Source: Thermoplasmata archaeon (lineage in GTDB: Archaea > Thermoplasmatota > Thermoplasmata > Lutacidiplasmatales > UBA184). From it: DNA of 64,000 nucleotides. The translations under genes were made by a program, and so were the position numbers. Below are positions 38,891 to 47,447 of this stretch, in pieces. How positions within the stretch are numbered: the first letter of the stretch is position 1; the number at the start of each line of letters is the position of its first letter. Under the pieces are notes generated by a model. It ran no database searches. It was not told the DNA's origin and saw only the letters and a program-made list of their open reading frames with translations. Where the stretch lies: contig DATJWA010000027.1 in NCBI GenBank assembly GCA_035501555.1, forward strand, positions 256,156-320,155, read 5' to 3'.

Positions 38891-39481
38891 ATGCGAAAAG
38901 TGACGGCGAATGTGTACATGACTCTGGACGGCCGCGGCGAGTTTCCGAAGTACCCGGAGAAGAAACGGAAGCTGACGGAGCCCAACGCGCTCTTCCGCTA
39001 CATGTGGTACGACCGGTTCGACGATGTCACGACGGTCGTCATGGGCCGTCGATCCTTCCTAGGTCACCAGCGCACCTGGAGCGAGAAGGCGGTAAAGCCC
39101 GGTGAGGCGACCTGGCTACTCGACTACCGACGGTATCTTGACCGCGTGGAGAAGATTTGCCTCTCCCACCGCCTCAAGTCCACCGACTGGGAGAACTCGA
39201 GGATCCTGAGCGGAGACCTTGCCAAGATCCTGAGCAAACTGAAGCGGGAGAAAGGCGGAAACATCATGCTGGAAGGCGGACCCGCGGTGGTCCGTGAATG
39301 CCTGAGGCGCAATCTCGCCGACGACTACTGGTTCTTCGTCATGCCCGTGGTGTACGGGAGAGGTCCTCGATATTGGGACCCGATGAAGACCCAGACCACG
39401 CTCAACCTCATCGAAACGAAGCCCGGAGAGGACAAGGAGATCATGCTCCACTACGAGGCGGTCAAGGGATTCTCGCCCTAA
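38891..39481 (+). CDS. Dihydrofolate reductase / RibD C-terminal family protein
   Basis: MTLDG, VMGRRSF, LEGG, PVVYGRG. Confidence 0.85.
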   Translation: MRKVTANVYMTLDGRGEFPKYPEKKRKLTEPNALFRYMWYDRFDDVTTVVMGRRSFLGHQRTWSEKAVKPGEATWLLDYRRYLDRVEKICLSHRLKSTDWENSRILSGDLAKILSKLKREKGGNIMLEGGPAVVRECLRRNLADDYWFFVMPVVYGRGPRYWDPMKTQTTLNLIETKPGEDKEIMLHYEAVKGFSP

Positions 39482-39712
39482 GCGGTCCTCAGCCCTCCGC
39501 AACTGCTCCGGTCCAACCTCTTCACCGCCCCCCCCCCAGTTGCATCGTTCGGGGACGATCCGGTTGACAATCTCGAGGCCTTCCGTCGCAGCGTCGCGGG
39601 ATGTGCCCTGGACGGGCTCCCGCAGGGTGGATTTCGGTCGCGCTGCCAACCCGGCCGCACGGGCAGGAGGCTGGAACGGTAGTTGCGACCCCTCGACCTC
39701 GAGTCACCATAG

Positions 39713-39752
39713 TGTCGGAGGGGGACACTGCTAAACTGCTCACATCCCCGAT
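39713..39752 (+). repeat. Junction repeat
   Basis: TGTCGGAGGGGGACACTGCTAAACTGCTCACATCCCCGAT. Confidence 0.9.
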
Positions 39753-39898
39753 CTGACCGAGACCGGGAACACGCGAGTACAGGGCCGCACGTGATCAAGA
39801 CATCGCGATGGCAAGACGACCCGACGCGGTCGGGATTTCTGGCCGCCAGGTATGCCTGATCAGGTAGCCCGCCCGGCGCCGCCTCGATGAACTGGGGC

Positions 39899-39908
39899 TT
39901 AATCTAAC
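39899..39908 (+). promoter_or_regulatory. TTAATCTAAC motif
   Basis: Starts 28 bp before GTG 39927. Confidence 0.75.
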
Positions 39909-39926
39909 CGAAGACGGTTACGCCCT

Positions 39927-42900
39927 GTGGCCGAAACCCGACGACTCGCCGCCATCATGTTCACCGACATGGTGGGGTACTCGGCTCTCGCCCAGCGGGA
40001 TGAATCCCTGGCCCTTCGGCTCTTAGACGAACACCGAGGGCTCCTTCGCACCATCTTTGGTGCCTATGCGGGTCGCGAGGTCAAGACCATCGGAGACGCG
40101 TTCCTCGTGGAGTTTCCAAGCGCCCTCCAGGCGATGGAGTGCGCCGTGGCCATTCAAAGAGAGCTTCGAGAGCGCAACGAACAATCCGGGGGAGGGCACA
40201 TCGAGCTCCGGATCGGTATTCACCTCGGAGACGTCATTGAACGGGCCGGGGACCTTCTCGGCGACGCCGTCAACATAGCCTCGCGCATCGAACCCCTGGC
40301 CGAAACCTCGGGGATCTGCATCAGCGGCCCGGTCTTCGACCAAGTCCGAAACAAGGTGCCCTACTCCTGCACCCAGCTCGAGCACGCGTTCCTGAAGAAC
40401 ATCGATACGCCCATGTCCGTGTACAGCCTGGATCTCCCGTGGGTCGTTCCTCCCGCAGCTCGGCTCACCCCGTGGACTGACCGAGAGTCGGAACTCGGAA
40501 CGATAGAGCGCATCATCGAAGCGGCCGCCCGCGGCCAGGGCAATGTCGTCGCGTTCACCGGCGAATCGGGAATCGGCAAGACCCGCCTCGCGGACGAAGG
40601 GATCCGCAAAGCGGAAGGGAAGGGATTCCGCACCCTACGAGGTCGGGGTCATCAGGACGAGCAACCGATTCCCTACTCACTGTGGGTCCAAGTGGCCCGA
40701 GGCGTGCTCCGGGACATTCCGGCCCCCCTCCTCTACAAGCTCTCCGCCGGTTGCGCGGCATCGCTCGTGAAGCTCGTTCCCGAGGTGGGCGAACGACTTG
40801 GCCAACTCCCTTCGGCGGGGGAGAATATTCCCGATGCTGCGCGACTCCAGTTCTTTGAGGGGATCGCCCAATTCCTGATCAACCTGAGCCGTGAGTCTCC
40901 ACTCCTGGTTCTGCTCGACGATCTGCAGTGGGCTGACCCCGGGTCGCTCCGACTGCTGGATTACTTGGCCGAACCTATCCGGAGCCAGTCGGTACTGCTG
41001 TTCCTCACGTTTCGAGACTCCTTGGAGGATGAAACCCCGCTATTGAAGACGGTCATTCAGGATCTCACCCACTCGCGGGCAGTCGTTCGGATCCCCGTGA
41101 GGCGCATGGAGGGGGGTCCCGCTCGCCAATTAGTGGGGGCCATCCTCGGAACCAAGGATCCTCCACCCGAACTCGTGGGTCTGGTTCGGCAGAAGACCGG
41201 CGGGAACCCACTCTTCGTGGAGGAACTCCTCCGGTCGTTGACGGAAGAGCGCCAACTGGTCCGTCGGGGCGAGAACTGGGACTCCTCGGCGATCGCCGAT
41301 GTAGGAGTCCCCTCCACCATGCGGGATGTTATTCTCAAGAGGGCGGCTCGCGCCGGCGAGCAAGCCAAGGACGTCCTCTCCGTCGCCGCGGTGCTGGGGA
41401 TGGAGTTCGACTTCGAGCTCCTCCAACGGGTGAGCGGTGTGGACCCCGATCGCTTGCTGGCGCAGGTCGAGGGTCTTCTCCGGGCCCGGCTCCTGCGAGA
41501 GCGGGAGATCGCTCCGGGTCGGTCGGTCTACACGTTCGCCGACGATCAGACGAGAGAGGTCCTCTACCGCGAGCTCTCACTGGTCCGACGTCAACGCTAC
41601 CACCTCAAAACGGCCCAAGCACTCGAAGGGCGGTTCGCGCGTGGGGGCGACGCAGTTGCGGGAGAACTCTCCCTGCACTATCATCGGGGCAACGACCTTT
41701 CGAGCGCGCTCAAGTGGACCCTCTTGGCGGGCGAGAACTCAGCCAGTAGCTACGCGCGGGAGCAGGCCGTCATGTACTACCGTACGGCGCTCGAAATCCT
41801 GAAGGAGGCTCCCAACGAGCGTACTCGGGCCGAAGTTCTCGAGAGATTGGGGACCGAGTTGGAGATCCTCGGGCAGTACGAGGAGTCGGTACGTAGAAGG
41901 ACCGAGGCGTCGGAGGTGTACGAACGGCTGGGAGATCGACTGCGCGCCGGGGCGGCCCTCCACCAAGCCGCGTCCCACTCGGGCTGGACGCTCCTCGGTG
42001 AGTTTCCCTTCGCGGAGGCGCCGCTCACCAAGGCCAAGGAGCTGCTGGAGTCCGTTCCTCCCAGTCCGGAACTCGCGAGGTTGTACCTGGACTACGCGGC
42101 GTACTTGGGAGGAGCCGGCCGGACGAAGGAGGCCCGGGCCCTGTGGTCCCGGTCCCTGGAGCTCGCCGATAGCGTGGGAGCCCCGGTCGTGAAGGCCGCC
42201 ATATGCCTCGAACTCGCGAAGACCGCTCCCTCCGGGGCCCGAGACGAGGTCCGACGCAACATTGACCTGGCCCTCGAGATCGGCCTCGAGCACGACCCTC
42301 CGACGGCGCTGGAGGCGTACTTTCACGGGGCTTGGTACGCCGCGACGGGACTGGGCGACATGGACGGCTGTCAAGAGTGGATTCGAAGGGCGGTCGAGTA
42401 CGCCCGGAAGGTGAAGGCCCCGAACTTCGAGGTGGCGATCCAGGGAAGCCTCGGCTCGTTCGCCCGGATATGGGTCTCGGACCTCGACGAGTCGCTCCGC
42501 TTGGCGGTGGAGCATCAAAAGTCCATTCGAGCACTCAACCAGGCACAAACGGCACACAATCTCTATCACCTCATCGCAGTCCCGTTGCTTCGGGGAGAGC
42601 TCGACGGTTTGCCGGACCTGCTCCACCAGGCCGAGGAAATCCTTTCGAAGGAGATGGCGTTGTATCAGGAGATCTGGTTCTCCTTCATTTCCGGGCTGAT
42701 AGGCCTCGTGAGCGGAGATCCCTCCGGCGGCGAGAAGCAATTGCTGCGAGGTATGAAGGCCCTCCGAAAGCGGGGAGAGGTAGAGTTCGACGGCTTCATT
42801 CCGATCTGGCTCCAGACGCTGCTCTTCGATGCCGCCATTTCTCAACAGGCATTGCAGCGAGCCGAAGACTACCTGGCGGGGCTCGCCGGATCGGTCGAGC

Positions 42901-43217
42901 GCGTGGGGGGAGCTCCGGCGCTCGCATACCTCGCTCGCGCACGAGGTCTGCTTGCCCTGCACACCGGCCGCGAGCCAGAAGCCTTCGAACGACTCCTGGA
43001 GAGCACCCAACTCTGGCGGAAGGCCGGTTGGAAGATCGAATTGGCCCGGACCTGCGTGGACCTTGCGGGGGTCGAGATTAAGCGTGGCTCGCTTGACCGT
43101 GCGACTTCTCTCCTCGACGAAGCCATCGGGCAATTCCGTTCCCAGGGCGCCGATAGAGCAGTACACCAGCTCCTAGAGCTTCGCCAGAGCCTCGGAACGA
43201 GCCCGATCTCTTCCTAG
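39927..43217 (+). CDS. Class III adenylate cyclase - STAND NTPase - TPR protein
   Basis: Cyclase motifs; Walker A GESGIGKT; Walker B LLDDLQWAD; TGGNPLF; helical repeats. Confidence 0.92.
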   Translation: MAETRRLAAIMFTDMVGYSALAQRDESLALRLLDEHRGLLRTIFGAYAGREVKTIGDAFLVEFPSALQAMECAVAIQRELRERNEQSGGGHIELRIGIHLGDVIERAGDLLGDAVNIASRIEPLAETSGICISGPVFDQVRNKVPYSCTQLEHAFLKNIDTPMSVYSLDLPWVVPPAARLTPWTDRESELGTIERIIEAAARGQGNVVAFTGESGIGKTRLADEGIRKAEGKGFRTLRGRGHQDEQPIPYSLWVQVARGVLRDIPAPLLYKLSAGCAASLVKLVPEVGERLGQLPSAGENIPDAARLQFFEGIAQFLINLSRESPLLVLLDDLQWADPGSLRLLDYLAEPIRSQSVLLFLTFRDSLEDETPLLKTVIQDLTHSRAVVRIPVRRMEGGPARQLVGAILGTKDPPPELVGLVRQKTGGNPLFVEELLRSLTEERQLVRRGENWDSSAIADVGVPSTMRDVILKRAARAGEQAKDVLSVAAVLGMEFDFELLQRVSGVDPDRLLAQVEGLLRARLLREREIAPGRSVYTFADDQTREVLYRELSLVRRQRYHLKTAQALEGRFARGGDAVAGELSLHYHRGNDLSSALKWTLLAGENSASSYAREQAVMYYRTALEILKEAPNERTRAEVLERLGTELEILGQYEESVRRRTEASEVYERLGDRLRAGAALHQAASHSGWTLLGEFPFAEAPLTKAKELLESVPPSPELARLYLDYAAYLGGAGRTKEARALWSRSLELADSVGAPVVKAAICLELAKTAPSGARDEVRRNIDLALEIGLEHDPPTALEAYFHGAWYAATGLGDMDGCQEWIRRAVEYARKVKAPNFEVAIQGSLGSFARIWVSDLDESLRLAVEHQKSIRALNQAQTAHNLYHLIAVPLLRGELDGLPDLLHQAEEILSKEMALYQEIWFSFISGLIGLVSGDPSGGEKQLLRGMKALRKRGEVEFDGFIPIWLQTLLFDAAISQQALQRAEDYLAGLAGSVERVGGAPALAYLARARGLLALHTGREPEAFERLLESTQLWRKAGWKIELARTCVDLAGVEIKRGSLDRATSLLDEAIGQFRSQGADRAVHQLLELRQSLGTSPISS

Positions 43218-43345
43218 CCACCGATGCTTAGCGTCGAACTTTGAATGTCGGAGCCCGTGACAGGCGAGAGACCACTCCGCTCCGAACCGAGTAGGTGGGT
43301 TGCTCAGGATTTCCTCAATACCGACCGCGTTGGCTCGGCGGGACG

Positions 43346-43385
43346 TGTCGGAGGGGGACACTACGGAATTCTTCGTATCATCACC
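43346..43385 (+). repeat. Junction repeat
   Basis: TGTCGGAGGGGGACACTACGGAATTCTTCGTATCATCACC. Confidence 0.9.
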
Positions 43386-43473
43386 ATACGGCGGGCGGAC
43401 GGCCGCTCCGTCCCTATGGCTCGAAGCAAGAAGGCGGGCGCTCGGGGCCACCCAATCTCAAATGCCCTCGACT

Positions 43474-43854
43474 TTAGATCTGCGTGATTGAAAGCAGCGC
43501 GGGTTCGCTTCCCACATTCCGGGTTGAGTGACCTTTCCCGGAAGTGTCTTCCAGAATGGCAAAGTCCCCTGTCGCGAAACGTCGCCCCTCTCCGTCACTG
43601 GCCTTAACCTCGAGAGTTTCTCGGAGCACGGAAAATATCTGGCGGGTTGGCGATGGGTGCGGTTGCCCGTACCAACCCACCGGCACCACGAGAAACAGGT
43701 GGCGCTCGGCCTTCATCGGAGGCGAGACGCAGAGGGGAGGCGCTGGTGGGGCGAAATCCACGGAAGAAGTAGTAACCACGACCTCGGCAAAATGGGACTC
43801 GCTTTGCGCGTCCGAGACCAACCGACCCATCGTGATATCCGGACATTGCGGCAT
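43474..43854 (-). CDS. Cupin-like protein
   Basis: SESHF, PHPSPTRQ, ASDGEGRRFATGD..LEDTSGKGH. Confidence 0.75.
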   Translation of the reverse strand: MPQCPDITMGRLVSDAQSESHFAEVVVTTSSVDFAPPAPPLCVSPPMKAERHLFLVVPVGWYGQPHPSPTRQIFSVLRETLEVKASDGEGRRFATGDFAILEDTSGKGHSTRNVGSEPALLSITQI

Positions 43855-43908
43855 GCTATGCTCCGAGCCGATTGTGCTCGACCCGGCAGCGAAGGCGGGC
43901 CAAGAAGG

Positions 43909-43947
43909 TGTCGGAGGGGGGAACTACGAATGGTTCAAATCCCTCAC
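43909..43947 (+). repeat. Junction repeat
   Basis: TGTCGGAGGGGGGA (14 nt identical to tRNA end) ACTACGAATGGTTCAAATCCCTCAC. Confidence 0.9.
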
Positions 43948-44031
43948 AGGGCAAATGCGGCCCAGTGGCCACTTTCGACCCGCGAATGAACCCGGTCTGA
44001 GTACGTGGCCAGAGCCCTCCGTGAAGGGGTC

Positions 44032-44041
44032 TTAATCTAAC
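44032..44041 (+). promoter_or_regulatory. TTAATCTAAC motif
   Basis: Starts 28 bp before GTG 44060. Confidence 0.75.
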
Positions 44042-44059
44042 GAATGCCCTTCTCGCGCC

Positions 44060-47000
44060 GTGGCCTCCCGCCGACGACTTGCTGCCATCATGTTCACTGA
44101 CCTCGTGGATTTCTCCGCCCTCGCCCAGCAAGACGAGGCGCTCGCGCTTCGGACCGTGGACGAAATCTCGAGCCTTCTGCGGCCCCTCTTTGCCGCCCAC
44201 GACGGGCGTGAGGTGAAAGCCCTCGGCGATGGATTCCTGGTGGAGTTCGACAGCGCGCTCGACGCGACCGAGTGCTCGATTGAGATTCAGCGTCGTCTGT
44301 TTCACCGAAATCAATCGGCCGGTGTCCGGCCCGCGGAGATGCGGATCGGCATTCACCTCGGAGACGTCGTTCGGAAGGACGGGGACATCCTCGGGGACGC
44401 GGTCAACATCGCCTCGCGGATCGAACCGCTCGCCGAGGCGTCGGGGATCTGCATCAGCGGGCCGGTCTTCGAACAAGTGAGCAACAAGATTCCCTACCTG
44501 TGTGTGCAACTGGACCACGCATTTCTCAAGAACATCGGCACCCCCATCACGGTCTTCAGCGTGGACCTTCCGTGGCACGCTCCCCCGGCCGCGAGGGTCA
44601 CCCCGTGGACCGACCGAACCGCGGAGCTCGGGAGCCTCCGGGAAGCTCTTCGAGGGGCTGCCCACGGCGAGGGAGCCATCATCGCTCTCGGTGGCGAGTC
44701 CGGCATCGGAAAGACCCGACTGGCGGAGGAGGCCGTACGCAAAGCAGAGAGCACGGGAGTTCGAGTTCTTCGAGGGCGGCGGTTCCAGGAGGAGCTCAAC
44801 GCCCCCTATTCCCACTGGGCCCAGGCCGCGCGGTTCTTCGTGCGCGAGGCGCCGCCATCCATGGTCTTCAAGGTCTGTGACGGGTGCCAGCGAGAGGCGA
44901 TAGGGCTCGTTCCCGAACTGTCGGACCGGCTCGGCCCGCAACCTCCGGCCCCCTCGCTAGGACCGAAGCAAACCCGCCTCCGATTCTTCGAAGGGGTCGC
45001 TCGGTTCTTTCAAAACCTTGCCAAAGAAACGCCCCTCGTGCTCCTGCTGGACGACTTCCAATGGGCCGATCCCGACTCGGTCTCGCTCCTCGAGTACTTC
45101 GGTGCCCAAATCAAGGAACGGCCGATTCTCGTGATCCTAACGTATCGAGATACCGAGCTGGACCCCCGGGGAGCCCTCGGAAAGGCACTGTTCGACCTCC
45201 GACGGCATGGGATCCTTCGAGAAATCTCGTTGAAGCGCTTCGACCCAGACAATAGTCGGGACTTGGTCGGGGCAGTCCTCGGGGGGACGACTCCACCCCG
45301 CGACGTGATCGAGCCTCTTCTCGAAAAGACCGGAGGCAATCCCCTCTTCGTCGAGGAGCTGTGCCGGTCTCTCGTAGAGGACCGATCGTTAGTACGCACG
45401 TTCGACGGCTGGCAGGCAAAACCCGACGCACGCATTGAAGTTCCCCCGACGGTTCGGGAGGTGATTCGGCGGCGGGTTGACTGGATCGGCCCCGAGGCCG
45501 AGAGCGTCCTCGCGATTGCATCTGTCTTTGGGAACGAGTTCGAATTCGAGCGCCTCAAGGAAGTGAGTGAGGTCGATTCCGACCGGCTGCTGCTCCTGGT
45601 CGAGGCGATGCTGCGCGCCCGGTTGCTCCGGGAGAAGGAGACCGCGCCCGGGCGGTCGATCTACCAGTTCGGCGACGAGCAGACTCGGGACGTCCTTTAT
45701 GCCGGGCTTTCTCTCGTCCGGCGCCAACGGTACCACCTCAGGGCCGGCCAGGTGCTGGAGCGGGCCTGGGGGAACCTCGCAAATGAGCGCGCGGAGGAGC
45801 TCGCTTACCATTTCCGGCAAGGAAATGCCCCGGACCGGGCGCTGGAGTACTACGTTCGGGCCGGGGACCGCGCCAACCAGGTGTACGCCCGTGAGGACGC
45901 TGCGTCGGCGTATGAGAAGGCGCTCAACCTCCTGGAGGAAGCCATCGCCCACAAGGAGGACGAGCGGGCGCTCCGGGAACGCGCTCTCAGTGTTTCCGGA
46001 CGATTGGGAGATACCCAATGGAACCTCGGTCGGCATTCCGATTCGATTGCGACGTACTTGCGAGGGACCCGGCTTGCCGCTGGACTGGACTCCATTACGC
46101 AGGCCAAGGCCTGGGTCACCCTAGGATGGGGCTACGATGGGAACCACGACTACGACGCTGCGCTCGCGAGCTGTGACGCGGCCGAGCGGGCACTCGGAGC
46201 TCCCCCACCCGCCCTAGAAGCAGACCCCTGGTCGGCGGAGTGGATCGGGATTCAGCGGCTCCGGATGGACGTGTACTACTGGAGCCCGGACCGGCACAGA
46301 AACGCCGCGCGTTACGCGGAGACGCTCGCTCGCATTCGGCCGATCCTCGAGCACAGCCCCAACCCCCTCGACCGGGTCCGCCTCTACCATGACCTACGGA
46401 GCCTGGACTGGATGCAGAATCGCGGTTGGATTTCCGACGAGGGTCTGGCGTACGACCGTATGGCCCTCGCGGCCGCGAATGAATCCGGAGACCCCGAGTG
46501 GATCAACGGCTCCGTCTTCTGCGTGGGCTTTAGTCACTTCTGGCGCGGTGAAGTGGAACAGGCTCGCGCACATCTCACTACATCCCTCCGAGAATCCGAG
46601 AGGATGGGTCTGACTACCGAACGCTCCCGGGCGATCACCTACCTGATGGCGACGGAGCGACGGTCGGGCGACGTGATGGCCGCCGAACGACTCATCCCCG
46701 GGGTCCTCTCGGCTGCCGAGGCTGCCGAACTTCCGGAGTACGTGGCGATGGCCCTCGCAACGGCCTCCTGGGTGGCATGGCGCGCGGGCGACCTGAATAG
46801 GGCCGCCGCGGAGGGGGAAAGGGCGCTCAAGATCTGGCACGAGATCCCGAACTCCTACCCCTGCGACTGGATGGCGATCTGGCCGCTCATCGGAGTGGCT
46901 ATCCGGCGGGGAGAGATTCCGCGGGCGGTCCACCTCGCACGGGGGTTGCTCCCCCTGTCACAAAATCCCCTTCCCCCCGAGCTCGAAGGGCTGGTCCGCC

Positions 47001-47095
47001 AAGCGATTGCCAGCGAGGAGGTCGGTGACACGAAAGCCGCCGCACGGTCTGTCGAGATGGCGTTGCAAAGAGCGCGCGGACTGAACTATGCATAG
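44060..47095 (+). CDS. Class III adenylate cyclase - STAND NTPase - TPR protein
   Basis: MFTDLVD, EVKALGDG, DILGDAVNIASR; GESGIGKT; LLDDFQWAD; TGGNPLF. Confidence 0.92.
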   Translation: MASRRRLAAIMFTDLVDFSALAQQDEALALRTVDEISSLLRPLFAAHDGREVKALGDGFLVEFDSALDATECSIEIQRRLFHRNQSAGVRPAEMRIGIHLGDVVRKDGDILGDAVNIASRIEPLAEASGICISGPVFEQVSNKIPYLCVQLDHAFLKNIGTPITVFSVDLPWHAPPAARVTPWTDRTAELGSLREALRGAAHGEGAIIALGGESGIGKTRLAEEAVRKAESTGVRVLRGRRFQEELNAPYSHWAQAARFFVREAPPSMVFKVCDGCQREAIGLVPELSDRLGPQPPAPSLGPKQTRLRFFEGVARFFQNLAKETPLVLLLDDFQWADPDSVSLLEYFGAQIKERPILVILTYRDTELDPRGALGKALFDLRRHGILREISLKRFDPDNSRDLVGAVLGGTTPPRDVIEPLLEKTGGNPLFVEELCRSLVEDRSLVRTFDGWQAKPDARIEVPPTVREVIRRRVDWIGPEAESVLAIASVFGNEFEFERLKEVSEVDSDRLLLLVEAMLRARLLREKETAPGRSIYQFGDEQTRDVLYAGLSLVRRQRYHLRAGQVLERAWGNLANERAEELAYHFRQGNAPDRALEYYVRAGDRANQVYAREDAASAYEKALNLLEEAIAHKEDERALRERALSVSGRLGDTQWNLGRHSDSIATYLRGTRLAAGLDSITQAKAWVTLGWGYDGNHDYDAALASCDAAERALGAPPPALEADPWSAEWIGIQRLRMDVYYWSPDRHRNAARYAETLARIRPILEHSPNPLDRVRLYHDLRSLDWMQNRGWISDEGLAYDRMALAAANESGDPEWINGSVFCVGFSHFWRGEVEQARAHLTTSLRESERMGLTTERSRAITYLMATERRSGDVMAAERLIPGVLSAAEAAELPEYVAMALATASWVAWRAGDLNRAAAEGERALKIWHEIPNSYPCDWMAIWPLIGVAIRRGEIPRAVHLARGLLPLSQNPLPPELEGLVRQAIASEEVGDTKAAARSVEMALQRARGLNYA

Positions 47096-47239
47096 AGATG
47101 GTTTCCCGGCCTCTTCCCCTACGTTGGGCCGGGCGTCCCGATCCTGATAGTTCGAAGTGGAGAATAGTTCTCAGCAGTAAGGTCCCCGGCCGGCAGGCGG
47201 GGTCCGACGAACGTTCCTCGGTGAGACATCGGCCGAAGA

Positions 47240-47279
47240 TGTCGGAGGGGGGAACTCTGGAATTGTTCAAATCCCCCAC
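47240..47279 (+). repeat. Junction repeat
   Basis: TGTCGGAGGGGGGAACTCTGGAATTGTTCAAATCCCCCAC. Confidence 0.92.
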
Positions 47280-47419
47280 GTGAGGTCGGGGGTCGGTCGG
47301 AACCCCCCCGTACACAAGTCCATCGCTAGAAACCGGTCCGACCAGCCGGATCCAAGCCGGCCGTCGGGGAACCCGCCTAATTCGAACCCTTCTTCAAAAG
47401 GAGCGGAAGGTATGGGAGT

Positions 47420-47429
47420 TTAATCTAAC
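47420..47429 (+). promoter_or_regulatory. TTAATCTAAC motif
   Basis: Starts 28 bp before GTG 47448. Confidence 0.75.
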
Positions 47430-47447
47430 TGAAGCAGCTCTCGACTC

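Noticed and set aside
39528..39537. C10 homopolymer as a phase-variation tract
   Set aside because: Intergenic, downstream of a stop codon, and not in an evident promoter.
43246..43253. Isolated TGTCGGAG
   Set aside because: Only 8 nt and no arm. Possibly a truncated junction, but not counted as a repeat.
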